Notes: generated by a model from the letters alone, not told the origin. A stretch of 64,000 nt of DNA from an uncultured Bacteriovoracaceae bacterium (GCA_964618975.1 CAZUDI010000003.1:61962-125961), one strand, 5' to 3'; positions 1-9,041 are shown, numbered from the stretch's first letter. Made by a program: numbers and translations.

Positions 1-720
1 TACGAGACGGTCTTCCCGCTGATGATCGAGGACCAGCTCTTCGCCGCACTGAGCATCGTCTCCTCCAAGATGCTCACCACCGACGAGGAACGCAAGATCG
101 CCTATTTCCTGCAGCGGGCGGCGGAAAGGATGGAAAATGTGGCGCTCTACGAGGGGCTCTACGAAAACATCCTCTCCACCCTGAACAGTATGGCCAAGAT
201 CATCGACGCCCGCGACCCGTACACCTCCCAGCACTCCACCCGGGTCACCATGCTCGCCACTTCCCTGGCCCGGGCCCTGAAGATCTCGGTGGATGACCTG
301 GATATCCTGTCCATCGCCGCTTCATTGCATGACATCGGCAAGGTGGGCATACCCGATCACATCCTGCTCAAACCGGACCGGCTTACCGATGAGGAATTCA
401 CGGTCATCAAACGACATGCCGACATCGGTGCGGACATCCTCAATCCCATCATCCCCATGCGCAAGGAATCCCAGATCATCCGACATCACCATGAGCGCTA
501 CGATGGCAAGGGCTACCCTCTCGGTCTGGCAGGGGAGGACATCCCCCTGCTCTCACGGATTATCACCCTGGCCGATGCGTACGACGCCATGACGTCGGAC
601 CGCCCCTACCGCAAGGGCCTGGCAAAAGAGGCGGCCCTGGCCGAGATCACGCGCTGCAGGGGAACCCAGTTCGACCCCGTCATCGCCGGCATCTTCATCG
701 AAACGCTCGGCGAAGACTAG
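1..720 (+). CDS. HD-GYP domain c-di-GMP phosphodiesterase (5'-truncated by the window edge)
   Basis: Reading frame is open from base 1 (YETVFPL precedes the first Met). Protein has the HD motif 'LHDIGKVGIPDHIL' and 'HHERYDGKGYP' (the GYP signature), ending 'AYDAMTSDRPYR', all typical of HD-GYP. Confidence 0.8.
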   Translation, partial: YETVFPLMIEDQLFAALSIVSSKMLTTDEERKIAYFLQRAAERMENVALYEGLYENILSTLNSMAKIIDARDPYTSQHSTRVTMLATSLARALKISVDDLDILSIAASLHDIGKVGIPDHILLKPDRLTDEEFTVIKRHADIGADILNPIIPMRKESQIIRHHHERYDGKGYPLGLAGEDIPLLSRIITLADAYDAMTSDRPYRKGLAKEAALAEITRCRGTQFDPVIAGIFIETLGED

Positions 721-727
721 CTTACCC

Positions 728-1207
728 TTACTCGGTGGTCGTGCGCAAGACGGCCGAATCCCGGACGTCCTGCACGCGTGAGGCCTCTAGTTCCGCCTGC
801 AGCATCTTCAGGCGCTGCCTGAGCTGCCGGACCTCATCCTGGAGCTCGGAACGCTCGCCTTCAAGTTCCAGGATTCTCTCGTCCAGGGACTTGAGCTCGA
901 CCGCCTTCTCCTGGGGGGTCTTGGCAAGTTCGGCCTTGACGGTGGCAAGCTCGGCGCCCAGCTCGGTCATGCGCTGCGTCAGGCCGCGGTTCTTGTGCTC
1001 GAGTGTGGCGATGTAATCGATGACCTCGGTCAGCACCTGTTTATAATCCCGGGGCCCGTTCCCCCGGTATTCCCAGATATAATATCCCAGCCCGAGCCCC
1101 AGGATGAAGATGATCAGGATACCGATCAGCGGGGCCCGCCAGCGGTTGCCCTTCTTTGCACCCCCGGCAGCCGGGGCGTCCGGGTTCTGTTTTGCGTTGT
1201 CGGCCAT
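728..1207 (-). CDS. hypothetical membrane-anchored coiled-coil protein
   Basis: ORF 728..1228; start chosen at MADNAKQ (ATG 1207) because GGGAGGG lies 5 nt upstream. One N-terminal TM helix (LIGILIIFILGLGLGYYIW) followed by a heptad-rich E/L/Q/R segment. No family recognised. Confidence 0.5.
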   Translation of the reverse strand: MADNAKQNPDAPAAGGAKKGNRWRAPLIGILIIFILGLGLGYYIWEYRGNGPRDYKQVLTEVIDYIATLEHKNRGLTQRMTELGAELATVKAELAKTPQEKAVELKSLDERILELEGERSELQDEVRQLRQRLKMLQAELEASRVQDVRDSAVLRTTTE

Positions 1208-1317
1208 AGCACCCTCCCTGAAAATCATGCTCTAGGACAGATCCCGCTCCGAGTCAAGAAAGAAGGCACACATTCCCCGGTTGTACGAGATCGCCCGATA
1301 TGCCATAGCAGATAGAT

Positions 1318-2295
1318 ATGGATATCCTGATCGTCAAGCTGGGGGCCCTGGGCGACGTGATCAACACCTTGCCGCTGGCCATCCATCTGCACGAGCAGCT
1401 CCAGGCGCGTATCCACTGGCTCTGCGAGCCCTTGAGCCTACCCCTGTTGGTCGAGCACCCGTATGTCGATTGCCCCATCCTCTTCGACAGGCACCGCTGG
1501 CAGACAAGCCTGCCCCGCGTGCTGCGTCTTATCCGGGGGCAACACTTCGAGTTGGTGCTGGACCTCCAGCGCATCGCCAAGTCCGCCCTCCTGGCCCTGT
1601 ATGCCAACGGTGAGCGCACCCTCGGCTTCGACAGGGCCAGGTGCAAGGAGATGACCTGGCTTTTGCCCTTCGAGCGCATCCCGCCCTGCCCGGGGGTCAC
1701 GCACATGGCTTTGCAATACCTGGAGTTCGCGACCTACCTGGGACTGCCACCTGGTACCCCGCGTTGGGAGATCCCGGTGAGTGCGGTGCCTCCCATCAGT
1801 CTCCCCGCGAGGTACGTCGTCCTGAACATCGGCGCCACCAAGCCTGCCAACCGCTGGCCAGCCGCCAGTTTCGCCGCGCTGACGCAGGCGCTCCAGAAAA
1901 GCTTCGGCCTGCCGGCCGTAATCACCGGAGGTCCGTCCGAGAAACCGATGGCCCGCGAGGTCATGGACCGGGCCCACCCCGGCACCATCGATCTCACGGG
2001 CCGGACCACGCTGGGCGAGCTCACCGCGGTCCTGGCCGGGGCCCTGGCCGTGGTGAGCTGCGATACCGGGCCGCTGCACCTGGCGGTGGCCCTGGGGCGC
2101 CCCGTGGTCGCCCTCTTCGGCCCGGCCGATCCGCGCCGCACCGGACCCTACCGGGGGGTGGTGATCCAGAAGGAGCTTGCCTGCGTCCCCTGCAACCGGC
2201 GCGAGTGCCCGGACAACATCTGCATGCAGCGCATCACGCCGCAGGAGATCATCGCACGGCTCGAGCCCCTCATCATTAAAACTAAAAATTCTTGA
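1318..2295 (+). CDS. ADP-heptose:LPS heptosyltransferase (glycosyltransferase family 9, WaaC/WaaF-like)
   Basis: N-terminus 'ILIVKLGALGDVINTLPL', then 'CDTGPLHLAVALGRPVVALFGP' and a C-terminal CxxC...C pattern, as in GT9 heptosyltransferases. 325 aa. Confidence 0.8.
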   Translation: MDILIVKLGALGDVINTLPLAIHLHEQLQARIHWLCEPLSLPLLVEHPYVDCPILFDRHRWQTSLPRVLRLIRGQHFELVLDLQRIAKSALLALYANGERTLGFDRARCKEMTWLLPFERIPPCPGVTHMALQYLEFATYLGLPPGTPRWEIPVSAVPPISLPARYVVLNIGATKPANRWPAASFAALTQALQKSFGLPAVITGGPSEKPMAREVMDRAHPGTIDLTGRTTLGELTAVLAGALAVVSCDTGPLHLAVALGRPVVALFGPADPRRTGPYRGVVIQKELACVPCNRRECPDNICMQRITPQEIIARLEPLIIKTKNS

Positions 2296-2304
2296 AGGGG
2301 GCGT

Positions 2305-2334
2305 GGGGGGAACTTCTTATAAGAAGTTCCCCCC
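2305..2334. terminator. perfect 30-nt palindrome; likely bidirectional intrinsic terminator between convergent genes
   Basis: GGGGGGAACTTCTTATAAGAAGTTCCCCCC is its own reverse complement (14-bp GC-capped stem). It sits between the heptosyltransferase stop (2295) and the minus-strand kinase stop (2414). Confidence 0.6.
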
Positions 2335-2413
2335 ACATAAATAAGGCAGGTCCGCGTTCCTCCCTCTTCGGGTGCAAATTCTCCTTCCTGACAAAGAAAC
2401 ACGACCATGGCGC

Positions 2414-3901
2414 TCAGTGCGCCGCCTCCCCCCAGCACTCGCGGCGGTCGCCTTCCCCGGTGCAGTAGAGGACCTGCTCGGAGACCGAGCGCCGCCACAC
2501 CGCAGCCAGAAGCGCGCGCGGGTCGTCGCCGGTGACCCCGGCATAGGCTTTCAGGAAGGCCAGGCGCACGGGCCGACCCACCTTGAGGGGGATGCTCGTG
2601 TTGAGCTGGACGAGATTCTTGAGCCGGCGTGAGCGGGAAAGGGAGCGCGCCTGGAGCACCCGGTCGGTGTCGAGCAGAAAGAACCGCGGAAGTTCCGGGT
2701 CGATCTTGAGGTTGCAGCCCTTGAGATCGGCGTGGTAGATGGCTGCCGCATGCAGCTTGCCGATGATGCGGCCGAGCTCCCGGGCCAGGGCGTAGCGCTT
2801 GCGGGGGGCCAGCGTCTCATACCGGCAGCATAGAAACTGGTCGAGATCGGGCTCTGCCAAGGCCCCGGTGATGAGCGCGCTGCTGCGATCAGTCATGAGG
2901 ACCAGCGCCACAGGGGGCGCCGTGGCGAACCCGTGCATGTTGAGGGTCAGAAGCCCTTGCCAGGACCTCAGCGCATAGGGTTGCTGTGCGGGACGGGTGC
3001 GACAATAGGATTTCACACAGAGCCTTTCCACCAGCGTGATCTGGGTCTTGTGCTGCTGTTTGAGAACCTGGGTGCCGCTCTCAATGTTCGCGGTGTGGCG
3101 CGCGAGCACCGCGTCCACATCCAGCTCGATGCCCGCCATGACATAGGCCCTGTATCCGGGTCCCTCAAACTGCTGCATGAGGTCACGGTCGCGCAGCAAC
3201 CCCCTGACCCAGCGGGTCACCACCTGCCGGCGCACACGCCGGGAGCGCCGGACGATCTGCCGCGCACACGCCTCAAGGTCGGGCAGGTGCCCGAGACGCT
3301 CCAGGTAGCCCATGAGCTGCGAGTCAGGCACCTCGTAACGGCTGAGCACCTGCGCAAAGAGACGCACCGCGTCACGACGCCTGAGAAAAGCGTGTTCCCG
3401 GATCTCGTAGGCATCCAGAAACCAGGGGCGCCCATCTTCGTCGAGGATGACGTTCCCCGGATGCATATCGGTAAAGGAGAAGTTGCCGCTCAGAAGTTCG
3501 AGGGCCAGCTCCAGCAGGATGGCGGCCTGTTCCGAGGGGGGCAGCACATGCATGTCTCTCCCCTGGGGGATGGCCCGGGTGACGAGCGCCGAAAGCGCCC
3601 CCAATCTGACGTGGTCCACCACCTCGGGCACCCGCACCCCCTTGTCCGCCAGCCGAGCGAGCATGCGGGCCTCGTAGCCGGTCTTGGGCCGCAGGCGGTT
3701 TCTCAGGCGTGCGAAAGGCCCCCGGGGATCGCAGACCTTCACATAGTAGAGATCCCGGCCGTCTTGTGAGAGCCGGTACACGCTGCGCTCGGACTTGGCC
3801 TGCACCAGTTCCCACGTACAGCCAGGGCAGCATTGTGAAAGTGATCCCTGCAGCCGCCCGAGGGATTCCCCTCTGGAAACATGTGCGTACTTGACCTCCA
3901 T
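2414..3901 (-). CDS. tandem two-domain lipopolysaccharide kinase (Kdo/WaaP/InaA family) protein
   Basis: Start set at MEVKYAHV (ATG 3901), which is preceded by AAGGAGGG. N-terminal kinase-like half has 'DMHPGNVILDEDGRPWFLDAYEI'; C-terminal half has 'YHADLKGCNLKIDPELPRFFLLDTDRV'. Both are the catalytic-loop pattern of the LPS-kinase family (PF06293-like). Confidence 0.7.
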   Translation of the reverse strand: MEVKYAHVSRGESLGRLQGSLSQCCPGCTWELVQAKSERSVYRLSQDGRDLYYVKVCDPRGPFARLRNRLRPKTGYEARMLARLADKGVRVPEVVDHVRLGALSALVTRAIPQGRDMHVLPPSEQAAILLELALELLSGNFSFTDMHPGNVILDEDGRPWFLDAYEIREHAFLRRRDAVRLFAQVLSRYEVPDSQLMGYLERLGHLPDLEACARQIVRRSRRVRRQVVTRWVRGLLRDRDLMQQFEGPGYRAYVMAGIELDVDAVLARHTANIESGTQVLKQQHKTQITLVERLCVKSYCRTRPAQQPYALRSWQGLLTLNMHGFATAPPVALVLMTDRSSALITGALAEPDLDQFLCCRYETLAPRKRYALARELGRIIGKLHAAAIYHADLKGCNLKIDPELPRFFLLDTDRVLQARSLSRSRRLKNLVQLNTSIPLKVGRPVRLAFLKAYAGVTGDDPRALLAAVWRRSVSEQVLYCTGEGDRRECWGEAAH

Positions 3902-3971
3902 GCTGCCCTCCTTACCACATCCGCAGGGAGGATGAAAACAAACGAAAGATCCCTTCCCCTGGTGCACGCGG

Positions 3972-4000
3972 TTGACAGCCGCCCGGGGCGTGTGTAAGGT
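3972..4000 (+). promoter_or_regulatory. sigma70-like promoter (TTGACA-N17-TAAGGT) for the GT2::kinase gene
   Basis: TTGACA at 3972-3977, a 17-nt spacer, TAAGGT at 3995-4000. It lies in the 106-bp divergent region between ATG 3901 (minus) and ATG 4008 (plus). Confidence 0.4.
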
Positions 4001-4007
4001 CTTGCGC

Positions 4008-5759
4008 ATGGCGGCAGGCAAGCAAATCGTCCATGATTTCCAACAGACCCCCGATGAATCCTCCCCTTTCGCCGAGCACCCTTCCCAGGTCAGCATCATC
4101 ATCGTGACCATGGGCGCAGACGCGATGCTCAAGGCCTGCATCCACTCGATTCAGGCCCGGGTAGACCTACCCCTCGAGATCATCATCGTCAACAACGCGG
4201 CCACCCCCCTGGATTTGGAGGACGCCCCCGCGCTCACAATCATCGAAAACGGCACCAATATGGGCTTTGCCCGCGCCGTGAACCGCGGCCTGGAGATGGC
4301 CGCCTCCCCTCTCGTGTGCCTGCTCAACTCGGACACGTACCTTACCGAGGACATCATCGCGCCCATGGTCGCCTTCATGCACACCCACGCGCGGGCCGGC
4401 ATCTGCGGGTTACAGCTGGTCTTCGGGGACGGCGCGCTGCAGAACTCCTTGGACATCTTCCCCAACCTGGCCACCGAGTTCCTCAACAAGTCCCTCCTGA
4501 AGCTCATCTTCCGCCGAAGCTACCCGAGCAAACGCTCGGGGTTCACGGCCCCGGTCAGGGTGCCCTCGGTGATCGGTGCCTGCATGATGATCAGACGCGC
4601 ACTCCTCGATACAATCGGGGACCTGGACGAGGGGTACTTCTTCTATCTCGAGGAGACCGACCTCTGCCGGCGGGCCTGGGACCATGGGTATGAGGTCTGG
4701 CACCTGCCGCAGCTGCGCCTCGTCCACTACCAGGGAGGCACAGCCCGCCGGAGCGATATCAGGCGCAAAATCGAGTTCCGCCGCTCGGTGATCACCTTCT
4801 TCCGGCGCCACAGGGGTCCGTTGCGGACCGCGCTGCTCGTCGCCCTCAGCGTCCTGAAGTCGCTCATCGAACTCGCAGGCGCCCTCCCGCTGGTCGTCAC
4901 AGAACGCGGAAGACAGCGCCTCATCACGGTCACGAGCCTGCTCCTCTGGTACCTGAGCGGCCGCCCCGAGGGCTGGGGACTGGAGCGCACCCACCCGCTC
5001 TACGAGAAGAGCAGGGCTCACGGCTACACCTGGTTTCTCAAACCCGGGAAAGACCTTCCCTCTCCGACGCGTGATCCGCAGGCCTTCATGGAGGGCTTAA
5101 GGTGCGTCCTCAATCTCTCGCGCACGGCCTGTGTGAAATCGGGACAGTTGGACGGAAAGACGATCTTCATCAAGCGCTACAACTTCAAGGGCTGGCGTGA
5201 TGCCTGCAAGAACCTTTTCCGCAAAAGCCGCGCGCTCAGGGCCTTCGAGTCGGCCCTCCTGCTCGAGAACCTGGGGGTCCCCACCCCGGCGGTGGTCTTC
5301 GCCTGTGAAAGGCGGATCCTGGGGGTGCTCGTGGTATCCTATATCGCCACCGAGGGGATCGACGCCCTGGACCTGGTGCGCCATCAGGCGCGGCACGGCT
5401 TCACGGATGACGATATCCGCAGGCTTGCCCGCTGCATGCGACGCCTGCATGAGATGGGCATCCTGCACGTGGACCTCAAGGGAGAAAATCTGCTCATCGA
5501 CGATAAGCACACCATCCACCTCATCGATCTCGATCGCCTGCGGCGGGTGCGCCATTTGGGGCTGAAGGCGCGTGCCAAGAACCTGAGTTACCTGAACGCC
5601 TCCTTCGCCACCACCCTGCCAGGGGAGATGCGAGCGCTGTTCCTCGACGAATACCTCAAAGGGCACACGGATCTGGAACGCCAACGTCCCCGCCTGGAGG
5701 CGCTCATCCACGGCCACACGCAGCATCGGCTGCGCACACGTTACCCTGCCCCTCAGTAG
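4008..5759 (+). CDS. fusion protein: family-2 glycosyltransferase (N-terminal) + LPS kinase (Kdo/WaaP family) domain (C-terminal)
   Basis: N-terminus 'VSIIIVTMGADAMLKACIHSIQ...EIIIVNNAATP' and 'CLLNSDTYL' (GT-A fold, GT2). C-terminus 'KRYNFKGWRDA...LHEMGILHVDLKGENLLIDDKHTIHLIDLD' is an LPS-kinase catalytic loop. Start taken at MAAGKQ (4008); the ORF is open from 3972. Confidence 0.7.
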   Translation: MAAGKQIVHDFQQTPDESSPFAEHPSQVSIIIVTMGADAMLKACIHSIQARVDLPLEIIIVNNAATPLDLEDAPALTIIENGTNMGFARAVNRGLEMAASPLVCLLNSDTYLTEDIIAPMVAFMHTHARAGICGLQLVFGDGALQNSLDIFPNLATEFLNKSLLKLIFRRSYPSKRSGFTAPVRVPSVIGACMMIRRALLDTIGDLDEGYFFYLEETDLCRRAWDHGYEVWHLPQLRLVHYQGGTARRSDIRRKIEFRRSVITFFRRHRGPLRTALLVALSVLKSLIELAGALPLVVTERGRQRLITVTSLLLWYLSGRPEGWGLERTHPLYEKSRAHGYTWFLKPGKDLPSPTRDPQAFMEGLRCVLNLSRTACVKSGQLDGKTIFIKRYNFKGWRDACKNLFRKSRALRAFESALLLENLGVPTPAVVFACERRILGVLVVSYIATEGIDALDLVRHQARHGFTDDDIRRLARCMRRLHEMGILHVDLKGENLLIDDKHTIHLIDLDRLRRVRHLGLKARAKNLSYLNASFATTLPGEMRALFLDEYLKGHTDLERQRPRLEALIHGHTQHRLRTRYPAPQ

Positions 5760-6130
5760 CTCACGCCATCGACGCTGGCCGTTTCTCCCCGGATGAGCAC
5801 ATACACCCGGTTGGGAATGCACACGATCGAGCTTCCCGCTTTATGGATACGGCCTCTGCGCAGGCACAGCTGATGCGGACAGGGGGAGGAGAGCATGCTC
5901 ACCTCCCCGCCTTCGATGACCACCACACTCTCCCCCAGGGGCCCCTCGAGGCGTACGGTGACGTCCCGATCAAGGGGGAGGACGGCCACGAGGCCCTCCT
6001 GCGAACGGATCTCTACCTCACATCCCGGTGGCGCCCTCCAGGTGTCTATGGCGAACCATGCCCCGCCCACCATCAGGAGCGCGATGATCAGGACCACGTC
6101 GCCGCGGGTAAGTGGCGGCAGTCTTTGCAT
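5753..6130 (-). CDS. NusG domain II-like membrane protein (PF07009/DUF1312-like)
   Basis: Start at MQRLPP (ATG 6130) with AGGGGGGG upstream. N-terminal TM helix, then 'SSPCPHQLCLRRGRI...SSIVCIPNRVYVLIRGE', matching the CP..LC / VCLPNRV pattern of NusG_II proteins. Confidence 0.55.
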   Translation of the reverse strand: MQRLPPLTRGDVVLIIALLMVGGAWFAIDTWRAPPGCEVEIRSQEGLVAVLPLDRDVTVRLEGPLGESVVVIEGGEVSMLSSPCPHQLCLRRGRIHKAGSSIVCIPNRVYVLIRGETASVDGVSY

Positions 6131-6234
6131 ATCCCCCCCTATACGACGAACAGCCGTCAAACACAAACGCTGCCCTTCGCGCTCAAGGACCGGCTTGACC
6201 TTGAGCGCCGATCCTCCTATAGTCGGGGTCCAAG

Positions 6235-7167
6235 ATGGATATGGAGCAGATACGCAAGCGAGGCATCAGATTCACCAGCATCAACGAACGCCTCCACATC
6301 ATTCACGGCACCGGCCGCAGCCGTTCCCCCTTCGCCAACGCCTTCCTCGTAACCGACCGCGTCTGCGCCCTGATCGATACGGGCTGCGGCCTGGATATCC
6401 TCACGAAACTCCTGGATCTCCAGCCCATAGAACTCGTCATCAATTCCCATTCGCATCCCGATCACACGGCCGGCAACTGGCTGGTACAGGGAATCTGCTC
6501 CCCCGAGATCGCCGTGCCAATCGAGGCCGCCTCCAGCATCGGGAGCGCCGACAAACTCGCACCCAGGCTCGCCGGTGCGGAGTTGGCATCCTGCTGGCTG
6601 GAGACGTCCCTGTCCGTCACCGGGTTCAGGGACTTCACCCTCTCATCGCATTTCAGTGAAGGCCACGAGTTCCGCCTGGGGAGAACACGCCTGGTGGCCC
6701 TGCATACCCCGGGACACCTGGCCGACCACTACTGTCTGTGGGAGCCGGAGGAAAGGATTGTCTTCGGCTTCGATATCGACCTGAGCCCCTTCGGCGGATG
6801 GTATGGCAATGCGGAGTCCGACCTGGGACGCTTCAGGGCCTCCGTGGACCGGCTGCTCTCCCTGCCGGCCGAGGTCTATCTCTCGTCGCACGCCCGTCCG
6901 GTCAGGGGGGCGCATATCGACCGGCGCCTCAAGGCCTACCGGTCCATCTTCGACGTCCGGCGCGAACGCATCAGGGCCCTCGTGCCCGTCAACGCCTGGA
7001 AGGGCCCGGAGGACATCGCGCACCTTTCCCCCATCTACGACGTGCATCACCCCGACTCCAAGACCCTGCTGTTCTACAACGAGACCCAGATGGTGCGCAA
7101 ACACCTGGACGAACTCGTGCTTGCGGGAGAGCTGGTGCACCTAGATGGCGGCTATCGCCGCCGCTAG
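6235..7167 (+). CDS. MBL-fold metallo-hydrolase
   Basis: 'INSHSHPDHTAGN' (the HxHxDH motif), a downstream 'LHTPGH', and further His/Asp ligands. 310 aa. Confidence 0.8.
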   Translation: MDMEQIRKRGIRFTSINERLHIIHGTGRSRSPFANAFLVTDRVCALIDTGCGLDILTKLLDLQPIELVINSHSHPDHTAGNWLVQGICSPEIAVPIEAASSIGSADKLAPRLAGAELASCWLETSLSVTGFRDFTLSSHFSEGHEFRLGRTRLVALHTPGHLADHYCLWEPEERIVFGFDIDLSPFGGWYGNAESDLGRFRASVDRLLSLPAEVYLSSHARPVRGAHIDRRLKAYRSIFDVRRERIRALVPVNAWKGPEDIAHLSPIYDVHHPDSKTLLFYNETQMVRKHLDELVLAGELVHLDGGYRRR

Positions 7168-7466
7168 CCCCTGTCTGCCGCGAACGTCACCCGGAAAAGA
7201 ATCCGCCGCAGATGCTCCCCTGCAATCAGCCGCTCAGGGACACTAACTCGGGGCACCACTGCGGGGCACCCCTTGAAAGCCTCACGCGAAAGGGAACTGC
7301 CCCTAAGGGGACTCAAACCGGTTGATCTGCGGGTCAACTTCTGTCAGACTAACACACGGAAATCCTCTAGCATGGGGTTGAACCCCCGGCGGCACGCACC
7401 CTGGCCTCCCCATTCAGCCTTGAGCGGCGGGGAAGATGACCCATAGCAATCAAAAGGAGGCATGCA

Positions 7467-7910
7467 ATGGAATACTCCGAACTTGAACGACTCATCACGG
7501 ACACCATACCCTGGGTCAAGGACAGCGGACTGCGGGTAGATCTCATGGCCAAAAACCACATCCGTCTCACCGTTCCGCCTGAAAAGCACCTCAACCACGT
7601 GGGCATCGTCTATGCCGGGACCCACTTCATGCTCATGGAGGTCGCGGGGGCGGCCCTGTACTTCGCCACCTACGGCCTGAACAACCTTGTCCCTGTGAAC
7701 AAGCACATGGAGATCAGCTACCTCAAACCCGCCTTCGGCGACATCAGCTGCGAGCTGAGTCTGGATGAGGAGACGGCCCGCGCCATGATGGCCCCGGTCG
7801 AACAGCGCGGCCGGGGTGACTGGATCCTGGATATGGCGGTCACGGATACCTCGGGTGTTACGGTCTCAAAAGCGCGGTGCAACTACTACCTCATCCCGAC
7901 CCCGGCCTAG
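7467..7910 (+). CDS. hotdog-fold thioesterase-like protein (DUF4442/YiiD C-terminal-domain type)
   Basis: 147 aa. 'HVGIVYAGTHFMLMEVAGAALYFATYG' and 'KHMEISYLKPAFGDISCE' fit the PaaI/DUF4442 hotdog pattern. RBS AAAAGGAGG is upstream. Confidence 0.55.
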   Translation: MEYSELERLITDTIPWVKDSGLRVDLMAKNHIRLTVPPEKHLNHVGIVYAGTHFMLMEVAGAALYFATYGLNNLVPVNKHMEISYLKPAFGDISCELSLDEETARAMMAPVEQRGRGDWILDMAVTDTSGVTVSKARCNYYLIPTPA

Positions 7911-7949
7911 GACACCCTTCGGGGTGCAACAAGCCGGATCGGCCCTGAC

Positions 7950-9041
7950 CTAGAAGATGAAGCGCCTCCAGGAGACGCTCAACACGATACCGATGCAGGC
8001 CATGTTCACCAGCATGAAGGAGCCGCCGTAACTGATGAACGGCAGGGGCACACCCACCACCGGGAAGACGCCGATGGCCATGGCGATGTTGATGAAGACA
8101 TGCAGGGTGAAGTACAAGGCGATGCCGAAACAGATCATGGCCCCGAAGCGGTCCTTGGCCTTGTTCCCGACAGAGATGATCTGGGTGATCATGATCAGGT
8201 AGAGCACGATCAGGACGAAGGAACCCACAAAGCCCCATTCCTCGGCCACCACGGAGAAGATGAAATCGGTGTGGTGTTCAGGCAGGAACTTGAGCTGGGT
8301 CTGGGTTCCGTGCAGGAAACCCTTGCCGATCAGGCCGCCGGAGCCCACGGCGATCTTGGACTGAATCGCATGGTAGCCGCTGCCCAGCGGGTCCTGGGAC
8401 GGGTTCAGAAAGGAGAGGATGCGCATGCGCTGGTAGTCCTTGAGCGAGAGCCAGCCGAACGGCAGCAGGGCCAGAACGAGGATGGCGGAGGTGACCAGCG
8501 TCGACTTCTTGATCCCCAGCAGCAGCAGCATGCTCATGGCAATGATCAGGATGATGCCGGCCGTGCCGAGGTCCGGCTCGGACAGGATCAGCAGAACCGG
8601 GACGGCGACGGCCGCCATGGGACGGATCAGCTCCCGCAGGCCGTGCTCCTGGATATGTTTGTAACGCGCCCCCCAGTGGGCCAGCCAGACAATGATGATG
8701 ACCTTGGTGAGTTCCGAGGGCTGGATCCCCAGCGGGCCGAGGGAAAGCCAGCGCCGTGCGCCCGAGATCTCGCGCCCCATACCCAGCACGACCACGAGCA
8801 GCACCACGGCCAAGACATAAAGCGGCCAGGCGAATCGGGTGAGCAGGCGATAGTCGATCACGAAACTCACGAACATCACGAGAAGGCCCAGGCCTACCCA
8901 AAGGAGTTGCTTGAAAAAGATCGCACTGTCGGTGACCCGGGTGGAGCTGTAGAGACACAACAGACCGATGGCGACGATACTCATGACCGTGGTGATCAGT
9001 CCCCAGTCGATGTTATCGATTACCTTCGAATATCTGCTCAT
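7950..9041 (-). CDS. rodA: peptidoglycan glycosyltransferase RodA (SEDS family)
   Basis: 363 aa, 10 predicted TM helices. 'YSKVIDNIDWGLI' N-terminus and 'PFISYGGSFMLVNMACIGIVLSV' C-terminus are typical of FtsW/RodA. Follows mrdA in the operon. Confidence 0.9.
   Translation of the reverse strand: MSRYSKVIDNIDWGLITTVMSIVAIGLLCLYSSTRVTDSAIFFKQLLWVGLGLLVMFVSFVIDYRLLTRFAWPLYVLAVVLLVVVLGMGREISGARRWLSLGPLGIQPSELTKVIIIVWLAHWGARYKHIQEHGLRELIRPMAAVAVPVLLILSEPDLGTAGIILIIAMSMLLLLGIKKSTLVTSAILVLALLPFGWLSLKDYQRMRILSFLNPSQDPLGSGYHAIQSKIAVGSGGLIGKGFLHGTQTQLKFLPEHHTDFIFSVVAEEWGFVGSFVLIVLYLIMITQIISVGNKAKDRFGAMICFGIALYFTLHVFINIAMAIGVFPVVGVPLPFISYGGSFMLVNMACIGIVLSVSWRRFIF

Noticed and set aside
1438-2079. Long antisense or out-of-frame ORFs overlapping well-supported genes (e.g. 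1438-2079, 1641-2279, 2933-3769, 3372-3833, 8100-9074, 14484-16346, 49641-51122, 60935-62581)
   Set aside because: They have Arg/Ala/Gly/Pro-rich low-complexity translations typical of high-GC antisense frames. They overlap genes with clear family signatures, and lack an RBS or sensible start. They are GC-bias artefacts.
7228-7262. Cobalamin-riboswitch-like 'CACCACTGC' (B12-box-like) in the 300-nt leader
   Set aside because: The other conserved cobalamin riboswitch elements are not present, and the downstream gene (hotdog thioesterase) has no B12 link.
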